DNA from: Bilabrum cf. latius | Lineage: Eukaryota | DNA: 64,000 nt | Direction of reading: 5' to 3' | Assembly: GCA_965178125.1 (NCBI GenBank) | Contig: OZ237742.1 | Location: forward strand, 558,001 to 622,000 | Part shown: piece by piece, positions 63,101 to 64,000 of the stretch | Position numbering within the stretch: position 1 is the first letter of the stretch | Layout: each line of letters starts with the position of its first letter | Position numbers and translations under genes: made by a program | Notes under the pieces: generated by a model | Database searches by the model: none | Told to the model about the DNA's origin: nothing | The model's input: the letters and a program-made list of their open reading frames with translations, nothing else

Positions 63101-64000
63101 CATTCTTTGTTCGCTCGGTCTTGCGGCTTCAGGTGGCATTCAAAGTACATCTGCGTCTATCACTGGTGGCACGAGCATCCGAGATAAGCTATTTGCATGG
63201 TAGCCTGCCATGCAGGCTGCAGCCTATCCCTAGTCGGTTCCTTCTCTTGATGAAGCCCTGCACTAGCACGAGCTGTTCAATCCCGCGTTTTACTTCGAGC
63301 ACGACAAGGACATGGCAGCGGCAATAGCTGTAGCAGAAAAGCGAAAAGAGCAATCAGAGCTTGGTAGTGTTGATGTTCACGTGAAGCAGGCCTAGACTCT
63401 CTCGGCTGAGCTGCTGAGAACCCTGTCTGCTGAGAGGGTTTGGTTGCGTTCTGGCGTGTCTGCAGTCAGTCTGTCGCAGGATGCGCCTGGCTTTGGGGTA
63501 TCTGTTGCAGCGGCAGCCTCTGACGGATCGTTGCGGACCCAAAGCATGATCGGGGATCGCACAAGGTCCATCCTGGAGAAACTGTTGGAGCTGCAGAGAG
63601 GAGACCTCATTCAGAAATCAATGATGGGTACCTCAAACCGCGCAGACAAAGTCAGCGTTGCGGACAGGAGCACAATGGGTAGCGCATCGGCGTTATCCGC
63701 AGGAAGTTTCGATGCGCATGCTCACTTTGAACATGATGGGAGCTTGCCTCTGCTGTGCCGTGGCATTTTGGGAACGGACGTATCAGTCAACTCGATGTTT
63801 TCGGCCGCTCTAGCTGCGACTGGTGCTTGGTCAGAGATTCGAAGCGCGACTCACACCATGTCTCGACTCGCCGCAATTAAAAGCTTTCACCAGAATGCTA
63901 GGCTTGCGTCCCTAGTCGCCAATTTTTGGGGCCGGTCAGTTGATTTTAGGACCCCACTAGCAACGAGCCAGACCGCCAGACCCCGAGCTGGCTTGCGCTG
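60123..64000 (+). CDS. Large hypothetical protein, 3'-truncated by the window edge
   Basis: ORFs 60405, 60693, 61614, 62160 and 62988 share a frame and each ends in TAG. The frame stays open (no TAA/TGA) to the window end. No family was recognised. Confidence 0.7.

Noticed and set aside
1-64000. Pyrrolysine or phage-type (code 15) recoding in a prokaryote or virus
   Set aside because: Spliceosomal introns, PEX16, PDCD5 and RING/AGC kinase genes indicate a eukaryotic nucleus. No pyl genes are present, and TAGs are far too frequent and unlocalised.

Overview
This is a compact, GC-rich, intron-poor eukaryotic (protist-like) nuclear region with about 13 protein-coding genes and short GT-AG introns. 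The main signal is a non-standard nuclear genetic code. TAG occurs in frame many times in almost every gene, and the ORF-track fragments of each gene lie in one frame joined by TAG. Genes end only at TGA or TAA, and I found no internal TAA in any intact gene. TAG most likely encodes Gln: it is interleaved in a poly-Q tract, and it aligns with the conserved Q of PEX16. This would be a rare code in which UAG and UAA are decoupled. Read with this code, two giant multidomain genes emerge. One is a ~6,290-aa receptor-like FG-GAP/FN3/EGF/PSI/CUB-TM-RING protein. The other is a ~3,980-aa fusion of a membrane double pseudo-cyclase and a split AGC (Greatwall/Rim15-like) kinase. Other genes encode a BNR/sialidase-like protein, PDCD5, an LRR-ankyrin protein, a 3'-5' exonuclease, a 5'-nucleotidase (with a 12-nt micro-exon), a ZIP transporter, an amino-acid transporter, PEX16, a GH5-like hydrolase and two hypothetical proteins. 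A ~3.3-kb element with 48-bp terminal inverted repeats sits between PEX16 and the GH gene. All calls come from manual reading; no database searches were run.
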